Positions 24,266 through 35,783 of a stretch of DNA of 64,000 nt are shown one piece after another. The stretch's first letter is position 1; each line of letters opens with the position of its first letter. The position numbers and the translations under genes were made by a program. Location of the stretch: NCBI GenBank assembly GCA_977016875.1, contig CDRNST010000058.1, positions 2,914,001-2,978,000 on the forward strand. The letters run 5' to 3'. This DNA is from Pavona decussata. Taxonomy: Eukaryota. Below the pieces are notes generated by a model. The model saw nothing but the letters and a program-made list of their open reading frames with translations. It was not told where the DNA came from and made no database searches.

Positions 24266-27043
24266 ATGGTTCATTGTTTTGCTGTTGGCTGTAACAACAC
24301 CTATAAAAACACCAAAACGGTATCCTTCTACAAGCTACCTGACGATGAAGGACTTAGAAAACTGTGGCTCGCTAAAATAAAGCGCGAGGATAAATTACTG
24401 AAGCCCGAGAACTGCTTTGTTTGTTCCGACCATTTCACCCCAGATGACTTCACAAGAGATCTTAAGGTACGTATTGTGTTCAGCGCCTTTCTAAAAGATA
24501 TGCTTACTACAGTAATTCGGCTCCCATCTTGTTCACTTTATTACAGTATATATTAAAGTGTATTGTTTGGATATGGGAAGACCTGCTCTAAAATTAATTC
24601 CATCGTATAGTATTCTGCGCGAATTTCATGTGACCAAAGGTGGCAAGATTTGGTCACGAAAGAAAACACATGGCTGGTATTTTGTCGGAATATTGAGAAA
24701 GTAATTATCTACATCAGCCCTTTTTGATTTCTTACAAGGAAGAACTATTAAGCGATTGCCTTCCTTCGTTTTCCAGGATATGTAACATTAAATTTAATTC
24801 CGCACTTGTTTCTTACCTTTATACAGGCAGAGCTTCTTGGAAGGAAGGGGAGAAAAAGGAAACCACCATTGAAGGATGAGGCTATCCCTTCCGTATTTTG
24901 CCACGCTCCAGGGGAGAAAAAGGTCCAACAAACAAGTATTGATCAAGCAAACCGTCAAAGTAAACGAGAGGTGAGTTGGAAATATACTGAGCTATTCTCT
25001 GGGCAACCTGTATGACACCGGAAATGAGAATGATATATTTTACTTTGAATTGATGTCTCTGTAGATGATTAGCTCACTACTCGAAGAGGGAGAAGACACC
25101 ACTTCAGTGATGCCAACCGTTGCAGAATTACCAGAACCAATAATTCTCGATGAAGACATAACACCCACATCCCCTGTATCCACTGGTAACGCAACCCTGA
25201 CCTTGTCTTCAATATCCCATACAGTGCTAGCTGAAAATGTAAATACATTTCAACATGACCATGACGGGAAGGAATTTATTTCTTGTGGAACCCAATGGCT
25301 GGCTGCTGATACGGGAGATGCTTTACTTCTTAAGGACCACACGTGTACCACCGTGGAACCCGCAACCTATACCATTTCCTCTTACCACCCAACCACTTAC
25401 CTCAACACCAAACGGAAATCGCCGTCCAGCCCACTACCTCCGTTTTTCGACCTCGACGATGATATCACCGACATTACACTGCCGTCTGTCGATGATGGCG
25501 GCAACGACAGCTCTTTCCAAGTGAGAATCGAAGAACTGGACGACAGCATTGAAAGTGATGCCGAAAATCCAGTAGATTCAATGGGCAAGTACGAAAACAT
25601 GTGTTCAGCTCCCAAATACATTGTATTTGAGGATGAACTCCTTACATTATTCAAGCTTTGTGCTATCTGCGGAGAAGATGTGTTGGAGAAAGGTCTAGTT
25701 AAAAGGGGTACTGCCTTGAAAGTAACAACTTTGTGTAAGAACTCTCACACACATGAGTGGAATTCACAGCCTCAAGTTAAAAGAGCGGCCGCGGGCAATC
25801 TCTTGCTTTCAGGCGCTATTTTATTCACAGGAAATACGTTTTCTCGCGCATCAGAGATGGCCTCGATCATCAATCTTGCATTTCCCGGTGAGTCGGACTA
25901 TCTCCAGTATCAATACAAGCACCTATTTCCCGTTATAAATGAGCGCTGGCAGCAAGAAAAGGCTTCAGTCCTCACCGATCTTTTGGACAGAGAGTCAGTA
26001 ACTCCCCTGGGTGATGGGCAATGCGACTCACCAGGATACAGTGCAAAATATGGGACCTATACACTGAAAGACGAGGAAACTAAAAAAATTGTCGATTTCG
26101 AGGTTTCCCATGCGAAGCAAACAACCAGTTCCCAGGCAATGGAGAAACGAGGATTTCAACTTTGCCTTGACCGCGCATTAAACAGCGGAATTCCAGTAAA
26201 TGTTGTGGGTACCGATTGCCATATTGGAATCAAAGCTCTTATAAAACAGGAGTACAAAGATCGAGGTGTAGAGCACCAGGTTGATGTTTGGCACCTTCGT
26301 AAGTCTAAGCTGGCAGCAAAGGCGAAGAAAAAGGAATGCAAGGACCTTGCACCTTGGATTAAATCGATCACAAATCACCTTTGGTGGTCATCTATGACTT
26401 GTGAAGGAAACCCTCAGCTACTGAAAGAGAAGTGGACCAGCATCTTGCATCATGTGGTTGACAAGCATGAATGGGACTCAGCAGTCATCTACAATCGTTG
26501 TCCACATGATCCCATCCCTTCAACTACCCACCGCAAAACGAAGTGGCTGAAAGAGGGTTCCCCAGCACAAGAAGCACTGAAGCAGGTTGTACTGGATAAG
26601 AGGCTACTAAACGACTTGCAGCTTCTTTCCAAGTTCATTCACACGGGAGCGCTTGAAGTTTACCACTCTCTCTCTACAACAAGTACCTTCCGAAGAGGCA
26701 GCATTTTGGTTTCAAGGCAATGGTAGCACGGTCGCAACTGGCTGCTTTGGACCACAATTCAGGTGCAGGTCGGAAGCAAGCAGCGTCATCAAGTGGGCAT
26801 AAACAATATCGGTACGTGTTTCCAAAGGGGATGAAAGACTGGGTGGTCAAGCCCGTCTTTGAAAAGAAGACCAAGCCACACGTGGCTGAAATGCTTTCTG
26901 CTGTGTTGGAGTCAAGGGCCACAGGTGAAGAACCAGAGCCAGTTGCAGTGCCTGACCTACCGAAGAATATCGCTCCCGTACCCCGTCCACCCAAAGAGGA
27001 GCTGCAAGCACACCACGCATCAAGATTTGGGAAAACAATTTAG
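24266..27043 (+). pseudogene. Kolobok THAP-DDE transposase; exons 24266-24466, 24827-24970, 25065-27043; frameshift near 26670
   Basis: THAP MVHCFAVGC..W..VCSDHF + AIPSVF; GDGQCDSPG, GTDCH, DVWH, NHLWW, HTGALEVYH; in-phase GT-AG introns; slippage in a (CT)n run. Confidence 0.88.
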
Positions 27044-27335
27044 GTCTTTGTGTCAAAGGACATCAGCTCGGCTTTCAAATTAGGAAAATTTGTTTCGCGT
27101 TTTGATTTCCCCTGGATCAACGTAGCAATTGCTTATAAACAGTGATTTGTAAAACCATTTACAGTGAACAGCTCTTACAATACAAAAATAACGCCCTTTT
27201 TTATGAACTCTAGACGATAAAAGATATCTTATGTATTAATTTAATAAGGTCTCTTCCGGTTCGTGCTTAGGCTTTTTCGTTTATTTCTTTAAGAAGACAC
27301 ATAATACTAAGACAATATTTAGTGATTTTCTTTTA

Positions 27336-28689
27336 TTATCCCGGCCACGATTCGTTGCCCTCGGCATCTTTAAAGCCTGTATAGTTGCCACTTTCTTCTG
27401 GGTATTCATTGCGGATTGCTGAGACAACACAAGAGGGAATCACGCGTCTATTCCCCTTTCCAAGTCTGTTGTATGTCCACCACGTGAACTGTCTGTATGC
27501 AGCCAACCTCATGCTCCTGTAAATAGTAATAATAAAAATACAAATTGATATTCCTAAAAGAGTATAAGCCTTGAAGAATCAGAAGTATATATCTTTCAAC
27601 CCAAATAACTCGCATGTACCAGTATAAATAAAACCATCGCATGGTTGAAATTATGCTTCTTCATTACATTTTTTCCCGCAGAGTAATTGACCTCTGACGC
27701 CCGGGGTGGTAGGGTCGCAAAGTTTATGGCTCCTATGATGTTAATTTCTCGTGATTGTAAATATTTAGTCTGGCAATGTACTAATTGGGTATTTCTTAGC
27801 GGGACAAAGAGTATTGCGTCCATCAAACTTACTAAACAAGGCCAGGTTTCATCAGTATCAATAAATGCAACAAAGTACAACAGATAAACATTCGGCCAGC
27901 AAAACATAGGATTTCCGGTGGCAAAGTCCAGACTGCGTTTAAAATATTATAATCTGTGCATAGCCACCCTCTCCAAGGAAATATATACCGTTCACAAAAT
28001 CGAGTGAGGCATATCTATAAAGCCGATAAGAGCAATGGTGTAGTTAAATAGAAAATTATTTACGAACATCACATTTGACGTTTACTGAACACGAAAACTA
28101 TTTTTGTAAACACTTACGCATTCCGTGGGGGATCTTCTAGTGGATCACTGCGCACTTGATGAAGGCCGACAAGAGCCGTCCTTAAAACATCAGCAAGCAA
28201 ACAGACAGGTCTAAAGGACTAGTGCTCTGTTATACATCTATGCGGTGTTCCTGGAAATAATGGAAACAATTATTCCACCACTAGTAATTGAATTATAATT
28301 CTTGTAATTCGCCCGTGCGTGGAGAATGCAAAGTAGTCCGATGTCTCTGTTATTGCAAAGGTTCATTTCCTACCTTCGAGGTCCAATTGGTTACCCAAAA
28401 CATCCATCTCCTGGCAGCAACTACTTTCGACTTCTGTGGACATAACCTGGCAATTGCTGCATATACACCACTCCCGATGGCCAAGGTGCAATCAACTGGT
28501 CCGTTCTATCTCGGTTTCCTCTGTTTCGGGTTGATTTTCTGTGATGCTCATGTCAAGTTCTTCTTCTGAAGAAGAGCCGTGTTGTGGCTCAAACATAAAC
28601 GGGCGTATAGCACCATCTGAAGTGATATCTAGCTCAAGAACTGAATCGCTGTCACTTTCTATATTACTGTTTATATCTATCACCGCCAT
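27336..28689 (-). pseudogene. KolX accessory protein (P2X7 C-terminal 'ballast'-like Cys-rich domain), 3 exons, with in-frame stops
   Basis: PFMFEP, WCICSNCQVM..ESSCCQE, CITEH..FRPVCL, RLAAYRQFTWW..LGKGNRRVIPSCVVSAIRNEYP..YTGF. Confidence 0.85.
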
Positions 28690-29639
28690 CTTTCAATCCT
28701 TGTCTAACGGGACGTCATAACCTCGTTTCCGTTTCACAAACAAAAATGGCTGCCTGCGAGACAAAAATGTCAATTTTCTGTCCCAGATTTATTGAGTAAG
28801 ATATTGGTAACAGTGCAAATCAATGCTATTCTCTGTTAGTACATTGCATGAGGTTTCGTCTTAGGTAAAATTATTCTAGACCCTTGTTTCCCTTTAAGCT
28901 TTAGACGAAGAGTCCGACACGCTAGCCAGAACACTACCATGCCACTACCTTTAGGTGACTTAAACCAATACAAATATATACATATATATAGGGTAAGGCC
29001 ACAAATCTTTCTAAAGTGTGAGTTTATTTTCCATGAACCGTGAAACAAGAAAATTAATTACCGTGTTTCGTGATTTTCATTTTTTAATGGCCGTGAATTG
29101 TGCGCTTGACCCCCCCTCCCCCCCCTTATGGCCCCTCAAAACAATATGCTGTCAAGGAGACAGATGATGAGAATAAAAAAATTTATCACTTGAAAGGTTT
29201 TTGTTTAGGTATATCATCCAATTCCCATGACTGCTGTTAAAAGAAATGTATGACAGTGGGTGAGGAGAATCCAAATTCAGGGAGTGAAAGGTTTAAGAAT
29301 AAAAAAAGCTGTTACTTTGTTACCTGAACTGACATCTAGACCGCTGTGATCACAAATTTAAATCATTTAATTATTAATTTAAGTCTTGAATTTTCTTCAA
29401 TGATCATTTAAGGTTACCATATGCCATTAGAATGAGAGTGAGGCTTGAGTTGACTTAGTTTTGATATGTTACCTTCTATGATACCTAGGCTTAATTGGTT
29501 ATATTTCACAGAATACAATTTGAGTCACAAAAATAGTATTAGTAATGGTAGAGATCGGCCAAAGTAATTTCTGGGGGACAAAACTCCAAGATGTAAACAG
29601 TTGTTTTAAATTTGTTTCTCAATGTCACTTACATTGTAG

Positions 29640-29915
29640 GTCTCCTTGCTTTACAATGCTTGCTCTGCAATTGAGATAGCCAACCCCCTCACCAGTCTCG
29701 ATAATTTATCATCATTAAATTTCCCTGTATTATTGACTCTACCGACTGGTACACATTTACTGTGCAGAAGTGTGCTACAGGACATAACAAACCCTGTCAT
29801 GTCTCAGTTTACAGCCTCCATGGTAAGGCAGCCGGCCTAAAGATTTGCTAACACTGTGACCGGTGTAAGATAACATATGATTATGACAGTTACGGGAACA
29901 AGACTAGAGGATGGA
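29640..29915 (+). pseudogene. CxC5-like cysteine-cluster fragment (domain associated with KDZ/Dileera transposases)
   Basis: VLLTLPTGTHLLCRSVL(fs)TGHNKPCHVSVYSLHGKAAGLKIC*HCDRCKITYDYDSYG after a tag acceptor. Confidence 0.55.
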
Positions 29916-29991
29916 CACACTGTTTTGTACGCAAAATTTCCCATTCCGTTTTGGCTGAAGTTGAATCACCTGTAAGAAAGTTTTTTCCCCA

Positions 29992-30620
29992 ATGGGTATA
30001 AATTGCTTATTACGGTTTGTGAAAAATCAGCTGAAAAGCATGAACATCGAGGATTTTGAAGGCGAAATAATAGCTGTGGATGCATCATGTTGGCTTTCCG
30101 AAACGCTGTCTGTCAGTATGCGCAGAACAGGAAGCTTCGCGAGGTGAGGAACAAATGTTATGTTTGAATTCAAGTCCTTCCCATTTGCACTTTTGGTCGT
30201 GCACTTGCATTATCAAAATAAGCTTTCAGTTAGGCTAACACCAATGAATATTTCTCAGTTATTTAGAGATTTGCAGAGGATATGTGGAAGTTCTTCTTTG
30301 CAATGGAGTGGTTCCATTTCGGGTGTTTGATGGATTACCTTTGCCGGCTAAGTCGCTTGAACCAGGCGAAAGGCGAAGGTCAGTTTATAGGAATTTTATG
30401 CTATGGAGGTTTGCTTCTTTTATTGTTTGTAATTCTGGTTTACATTGCAGTGAAATGACACGACAAATGTATTAAATTAATGTGCTACGTAGAAACTTTT
30501 AAAATATCCATTTATTTGCATGATGATCTCTTGACGTAAAATTTTTTTCTGTTAAGGCTTCGAGATAAACGGTTACAGAAAACTGGCCAGCATTTATGCA
30601 AAGGAGGAAGGAGTTAAAAG
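29992..30620 (+). pseudogene. Exonuclease-1-like XPG N-domain fragment (exons 29992-30143, 30259-30378, decayed exon from ~30557)
   Basis: MGINCLLRFVK..IEDFEGEIIAVDASCWL and YVEVLLCNGVVPFRVFDGLPLPAK..ERR joined in phase by a GT-AG intron; no XPG I-domain. Confidence 0.8.
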
Positions 30621-30734
30621 AGAACTGACAAGGGTTAGTGAAAGGAGTTGGGAATGATCTGTTCATATTGTCCAGGGACCGATAACTGTTGTTTAACACA
30701 GGGTTGAAATTGACAGTTTCCATTCTCACTGTAG

Positions 30735-31593
30735 AACAACATGGAGAGTTGAAAGACCTCATTCATGACCTTGATGTCCGGCATAAATCTGCAAAGCTAG
30801 TCAAGACTTTGACTGATGTGAGTAATGTTTACACATCTTGGTTATCACAATAATGACAATTGTTATTAATGAAATGTTCAAATTACAAGTGAAAGGTGAA
30901 AACCACATTGTTTGTTTTGGCATGGTAAGTTCTGATGCCTTTCATTTGCCAATATGGAAGTATTAATTTGAATAAAATAACAAAATTTCTATTAAAATAC
31001 TATGTGAGGCTTGTTCGTTTTTTCTGCTCGAGTACCACTGAATATTTTAACAGGCTTCTAACCTAAAGGACTGTGGAGCTATACGTGATTGGATCAAGCT
31101 AATAAGGAACCACTTTTGGTTTTGCTGCAAGCAAGCTGAGGGGGACGTGGCTCCATTGAAGGTACTAAGTGATTTTAGAAATAAAGTGGTGACGGGAGGG
31201 TGTGGGGGGAGGCTATATTGGAAGCTAATTTTCTATTCCAGGAAAGCCACTTAATAAATCAAATCGTAGAAGTGTAGTGACGGTATTTGCTGAGGTCAAT
31301 TTCAACTGTATGGTTGTGAGGTCGACTGTTCAACCACAGCCAATAAATTTTCTGTTTATATTGACCTCATTACGGTTGTTTGACTCAGTTTTGCAGAACA
31401 TGTGGTTTGGTGTTCTCCACCATGTGGTTGGAGAACATGAGTGACACGATGGACAGTGTTCCCATGGACCACTCGCAGCTGCAGAAAAAGGAAACAGCTG
31501 CATGAGGAAGGGTCAAAGGCAATGGAAGCCCTGCGAAAGGTTGTGATGGACAAGAGATGGGGGGAAAGCCTGATATTCTATGTTTGGTTTAAG
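30735..31593 (+). pseudogene. Second, intron-rich Kolobok-like DDE transposase fragment (exons 30735-30817, 31054-31161, 31398-31593)
   Basis: HDLDVRHKSAKL / WIKLIRNHFWFCC..EGD / WFGVLHHVVGEHE*..CSHGPL..GSKAMEALRKVVMDKR aligns by eye to the 25065 ORF (HQVDVWH, ITNHLWW, ILHHVVDKHEW, GSPAQEALKQVVLDKR). Confidence 0.8.
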
Positions 31594-31951
31594 TAAGTAG
31601 TTCCAAAAATCACAGCCCATATACGCTGCAACAGCATCATTTTCTCAACACTTTTTGTGCTCCTGTTAAATTTTGTCAATGGTAACCAATGTTGCAGATA
31701 CATTGTGAGTCTTGGTCCACAAACTAAAGTCAATTCTCTCTAAGGCAGACACCCTCGGTACCAGATTTACTGTCCGTCTTAGAGAGAGTTCATGTAATCT
31801 GATACCAAAACATCAAAACTGAAACCAGTGCTTTATTACTTTAACTACAGTGTACAATGTAGTCATAACAGGCCGGCTGTCTCTTTTATATATTCCTTAC
31901 GGAATCCAACACAGTTCGTACACACTTTGAACATTTGTGAATCAGCCTTAA

Positions 31952-33317
31952 AGAGAGAGTTTCACGGTTTGGCGCATGCGCGAGCGTTTAACGTAAGCGC
32001 TGTCAAGCCAATTGTTTTTGGACCAACTAGAAGCGAGTACACAACACCGGCGGGATACGGCGGGCAACTCTTATAACGTGCTGGAATAAAAATAAAACTG
32101 ACCGGCCAGTGTTTCAGTCACGTTTCAGAAAGAAACAAAAAGGCTGTCCATGTAAAACACATGGGGATTTTTGCAGCACCGCTTCGTGAATGTCCCATGA
32201 CATTCAAGAAATGCCAGAACTTTTGCGAACATATACGGTTTTATTTTAGTACAATGTCGATATCTCGCGGCATCGACCTTTTTTTATTACGCGCGGTTCG
32301 AAAAGCCGAGAGGCTCCCTCAAACTTACGTACTGAAATCCACTATTTCATCAGCATTCAGTGATAAACTTACTATAGTGTGTACGCTCGATAGCCTAATT
32401 TTATTAGACCAGCGAGAGGGCGAACGAGAAATCCGCAAGCTTCAAGAAGCGATGCGACCGTTTAGTAACAACAACACTGAGCGTCCTTCCGCGATGCTGG
32501 AATGCATTTGAGAAGACTCTGCCATGGTGGCGTTTGCCATTTGCAATGACCATAATTTTATAGATAAATGAATACCTTACAATAGTTTTCGTAGTTTGTC
32601 ACAAATCTTTGGATTTTTTTCTACTGCCCGCTATTTGAGCCTGCTAATAGACAACTACAACTAACTTGCACATTTGATCTCATATTTATTCGCTTCGCGT
32701 CTCAGTGTTATTCAATTTTTTTCCATCCAAAGCAAAACACTGATGTTTGATGCTGTTTGTCCTTCGAATTCTCCGTTTTTGACAGTTGACTTCCACATGA
32801 ACAAACAGTATGATTGAATTCTAGAAAATCCTCGCGAGTTCATCCAAAGCCAGTTAGTGATGTTTGCCATTTCCAGCGAAAGCAGATGTGTCGCGAAATC
32901 GTTGTCTATTTTAAACAGACTTATCTCTTTACCAATTTTCCACGTTGGGTGGACGTATCTTGTTAACCACACATGATTTCTACATCCACTCCACTCTGTC
33001 TGCTTTAACTTCTGTGCTTCCAAAGAGTCCACAGAACGTCCTGTCGCCGGTCGGCCGCCACGTATCCTTGCCGATCCATCGACAAAAATGTCGTTTTTGG
33101 ATGTTAAAACACTTTTAACCTTACAAAAATCGAACTTATATTTACAAAAGGAAACAAAAATTATAAAAAGTGAAGAACAAAGAGCTGATGATCCAAATTC
33201 GGGCGCGATTTCAACAGATTGTTCCACCACAAGCTCGCATCGAATTTAGTGTTGACCCGTACAATTTATTTTTGGGCCGGTCTGCTCGCGCATGCGCTTG
33301 ACCGTGAAACTCAGCCT
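31952..33317. mobile_element. Non-autonomous Kolobok-type element (~1.37 kb)
   Basis: TTAA on both flanks (31948-31951, 33318-33321); TIR ag(aga/gct)gagtttcacggt plus inverted gcgcatgcgcgagc; residual ORF pieces at both ends. Confidence 0.75.
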
Positions 33318-34389
33318 TTAACAAAACTCGTTTGTGTCGCTTGTTATATGACAGTACCTCGAGTCGGGGTTCATAACCCCCTTCACTACCAAAAAAACCT
33401 TGTACTTGTACTTTTGTACTTGAATGAAGTAGCGTCTCTTGTGAAGTTACAGGAAAAAGATTAAACAGTGGTACTTGCTGTCAGAAAGGAAACTAGTATT
33501 GGCAACATAGGTTTTTGGTCGCACACGTAGGCCTAGACAATAATTATTATGTAAACATATTGATGGTATGGGGCATTTTCTCAATGACTTGGTGACATTT
33601 ATTGTTTGGCAGTTGTTTTCTGTTGCGTGTTAAATGCTAGCTGTAGTTTTATTTGCAGGGGGTCAACTGAAAGAACAACAGTGCCACTGACAACAGCAGA
33701 AACAATAATTCTTCAGTATTTTAATAAAGATATACAAAGGAGCTGAAAAAATGTTCACCATCTGCCAGCACGCAGACAATTGAAATTGAAGAATATCAGG
33801 TCAAAAGACAAAGGGGAATTTATCATGCTACTTGCCAAAGAGCTCCTTTAAAAGAAACATGTCATTTTAACTGAGAATGCAGACTTCTACTGTCTGTATA
33901 GACGCTGTATTGAAGTTAAATTAAAACCCTCACTGTAGAACATCTGTTTTTGTAACTTTCTACCTTTAGAGAGTCAGCTTTTCCCTGTTGATATGCATTT
34001 AATTTTTGTGTTCACACTGGCTTCTCTTCTGCCTGGCAGATTTCAGAAAAAGGTCATGTTATAGTTGATATTGAAATGGTTTTGCACGTTATTTACAAAA
34101 GTGGAAAAGGAGCTGTTACTATTTCTGACCTTCCCGATATGTAGAAAAGGGTCAGAGGGGGGGATACATGTCTTTGATATGACGTCTAGATAATGACGTG
34201 ACTAAGAAGTATGTTCTAAAGTAACAAAGCATTGAGTTCTTTCAAAGTAGTGGTAACATTGTTAATTTATTCCGTTTAAATGAAATTACCAGTGACAACC
34301 AACATGAACTGGCTTTTTCTGTTCTTGTTATTTTGTAAACCAGTGTATAAGACTTGGAAGACTTTGGTCAATTGAATGCCCAAGCTGAA

Positions 34390-34860
34390 TAACTGGATTT
34401 GGGAAGCCTCACTTTTACCAAGTTTGGAATCTTTCTGGGAACAATTCTACAGTATTTACCAGTAAATTAACAACATACATCCAACCAAACAACCTTGGGT
34501 AGGTTTTGTTTTAATTGGGTATTTTTTTTGGTAAAAAATAACCCATCCACCTGGGGAAAGTTTGGTAAGTTAAATTACCAAGAAAAACTTAACTTGGGAA
34601 ACCACAATTTTACCATGTTTGGGAGTTATAATATTTACCAATAAGGTACCAACATTAATTCAAACTTTGTGACCTTGGGATTTTTCGTTTGAACTTAAAA
34701 TTTTCTTGGTAAAGGATAACCTACCATCTTGGGATAACTTTGGTAAATTTCAATTACCCAGATAAACTGAAATTGGGATGACTCGATTTTACCAAGTTTG
34801 GGATCTTCTTGGGAACTATGCTATTTACCAAGGAGTTACCAATAATCTCCAAATTTTGGG
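34390..34860. repeat. Diverged tandem repeat, about 190-bp unit x 2.5
   Basis: Recurring ttggga...ttttacca(a/t)gtttgg...tatttacca at about 34400, 34595 and 34775. Confidence 0.6.
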
Positions 34861-35747
34861 ATTTCAGGTTTTCCAGGTAAAGCATTTTGAAGAGGGAGGA
34901 ACTTTTGATATAAGATATAAATAATATTTTGTTTATTGTTTCACATCAGCTTTGTATAGAATTGCACACTTAGGTGATTGTGATTGGTTTTAGGCAATGT
35001 GCGTTAACTCTAGGTTAGCTTTATGAATCTAGAGTATTATTGGGTATCCTGCAGAAACACTGCCAAGATGCCTTGTGGTATCGAGTCCCATCCTGTATGG
35101 ATTTAGGGGCATACATGTTCCAGCAAACAGATGATTATAGGACGTCTGGAAATCATAATTTCAGAAAAGTGGCATTAACTGTGAGTAGTTTGAAGCTTTA
35201 GTTATATTATTTCATGATATTAGACTGGATTCTGCATGCACTGCATACAAGGAAACCTTAGGAGTAGGAATGCAGATTTTCAAGTATCCCTGGGTTACCC
35301 ACCCCCTTTTTCAAGGGAAAAAAAACACTAAAAGGTACAGTTTGATCTGTATCATTAAAAAAAAAATGCAATGTAAAGCAGATTGGATCTGTTCTCATGA
35401 AATAAATATTGCCAAAGTAATGTCACATTGAAATTGATATCCTTACACTTGGGTAGTCCTCATTTCACTGTACAACACAGTGCATTCTATAGCTAATAAT
35501 TTTTCCAATAGAGTGGGTGTGTATAGCAATTAAACCTGCATCATCAGTTGTTGCTGTACATGTGAGTATACTTTTACTACTTTCCCAATCTTTTCTAGCA
35601 TCCTGTGTGGCAAACATGTGGCACTTTTGTCATTGATGACGAGATTCAAATCAATGCCCAAACTGCATAATGCCAGTGAAGTGATGAAAGGTATGTCTTG
35701 TAAGAGACAGCGTGGAAAAAGAGCAGGACACAAGGTAGGGGTTCCTT

Positions 35748-35783
<36 letters not shown>

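Larger units (their letters stand above)
23984..28893 (+). mobile_element. Kolobok DNA transposon, full length
   Basis: TTAA TSD (23980-23983, 28894-28897); 31-bp TIR agggaaacaagggtctagaa(a/t)aattttacct with 1 mismatch; convergent transposase and KolX; empty site at 22077. Confidence 0.93.
23000..29137 (+). mobile_element. Same P-like element, copy 2 (C-terminal half 23044-23846), split by Kolobok; probable terminus ...ttatggcccctc at 29137
   Basis: GTVSSQT, LTVQVKNLH (E-motif position), WAAYYYT, QETTMFKAGTL; 3' region matches copy 1; CGTGA-rich subterminal region. Confidence 0.5.

Noticed and set aside
27336-28689. P2X7 receptor gene
   Set aside because: No transmembrane or ectodomain sequence; it lies inside Kolobok TIRs, so it is KolX.
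21915-29105. Long terminal direct repeats of a KolobokP-type element
   Set aside because: The direct repeats belong to the duplicated host element; the Kolobok has ordinary TIRs and interrupts one repeat.
29992-30620. Functional host EXO1
   Set aside because: Only the N-domain is present; exon 3 has stops; no I-domain.
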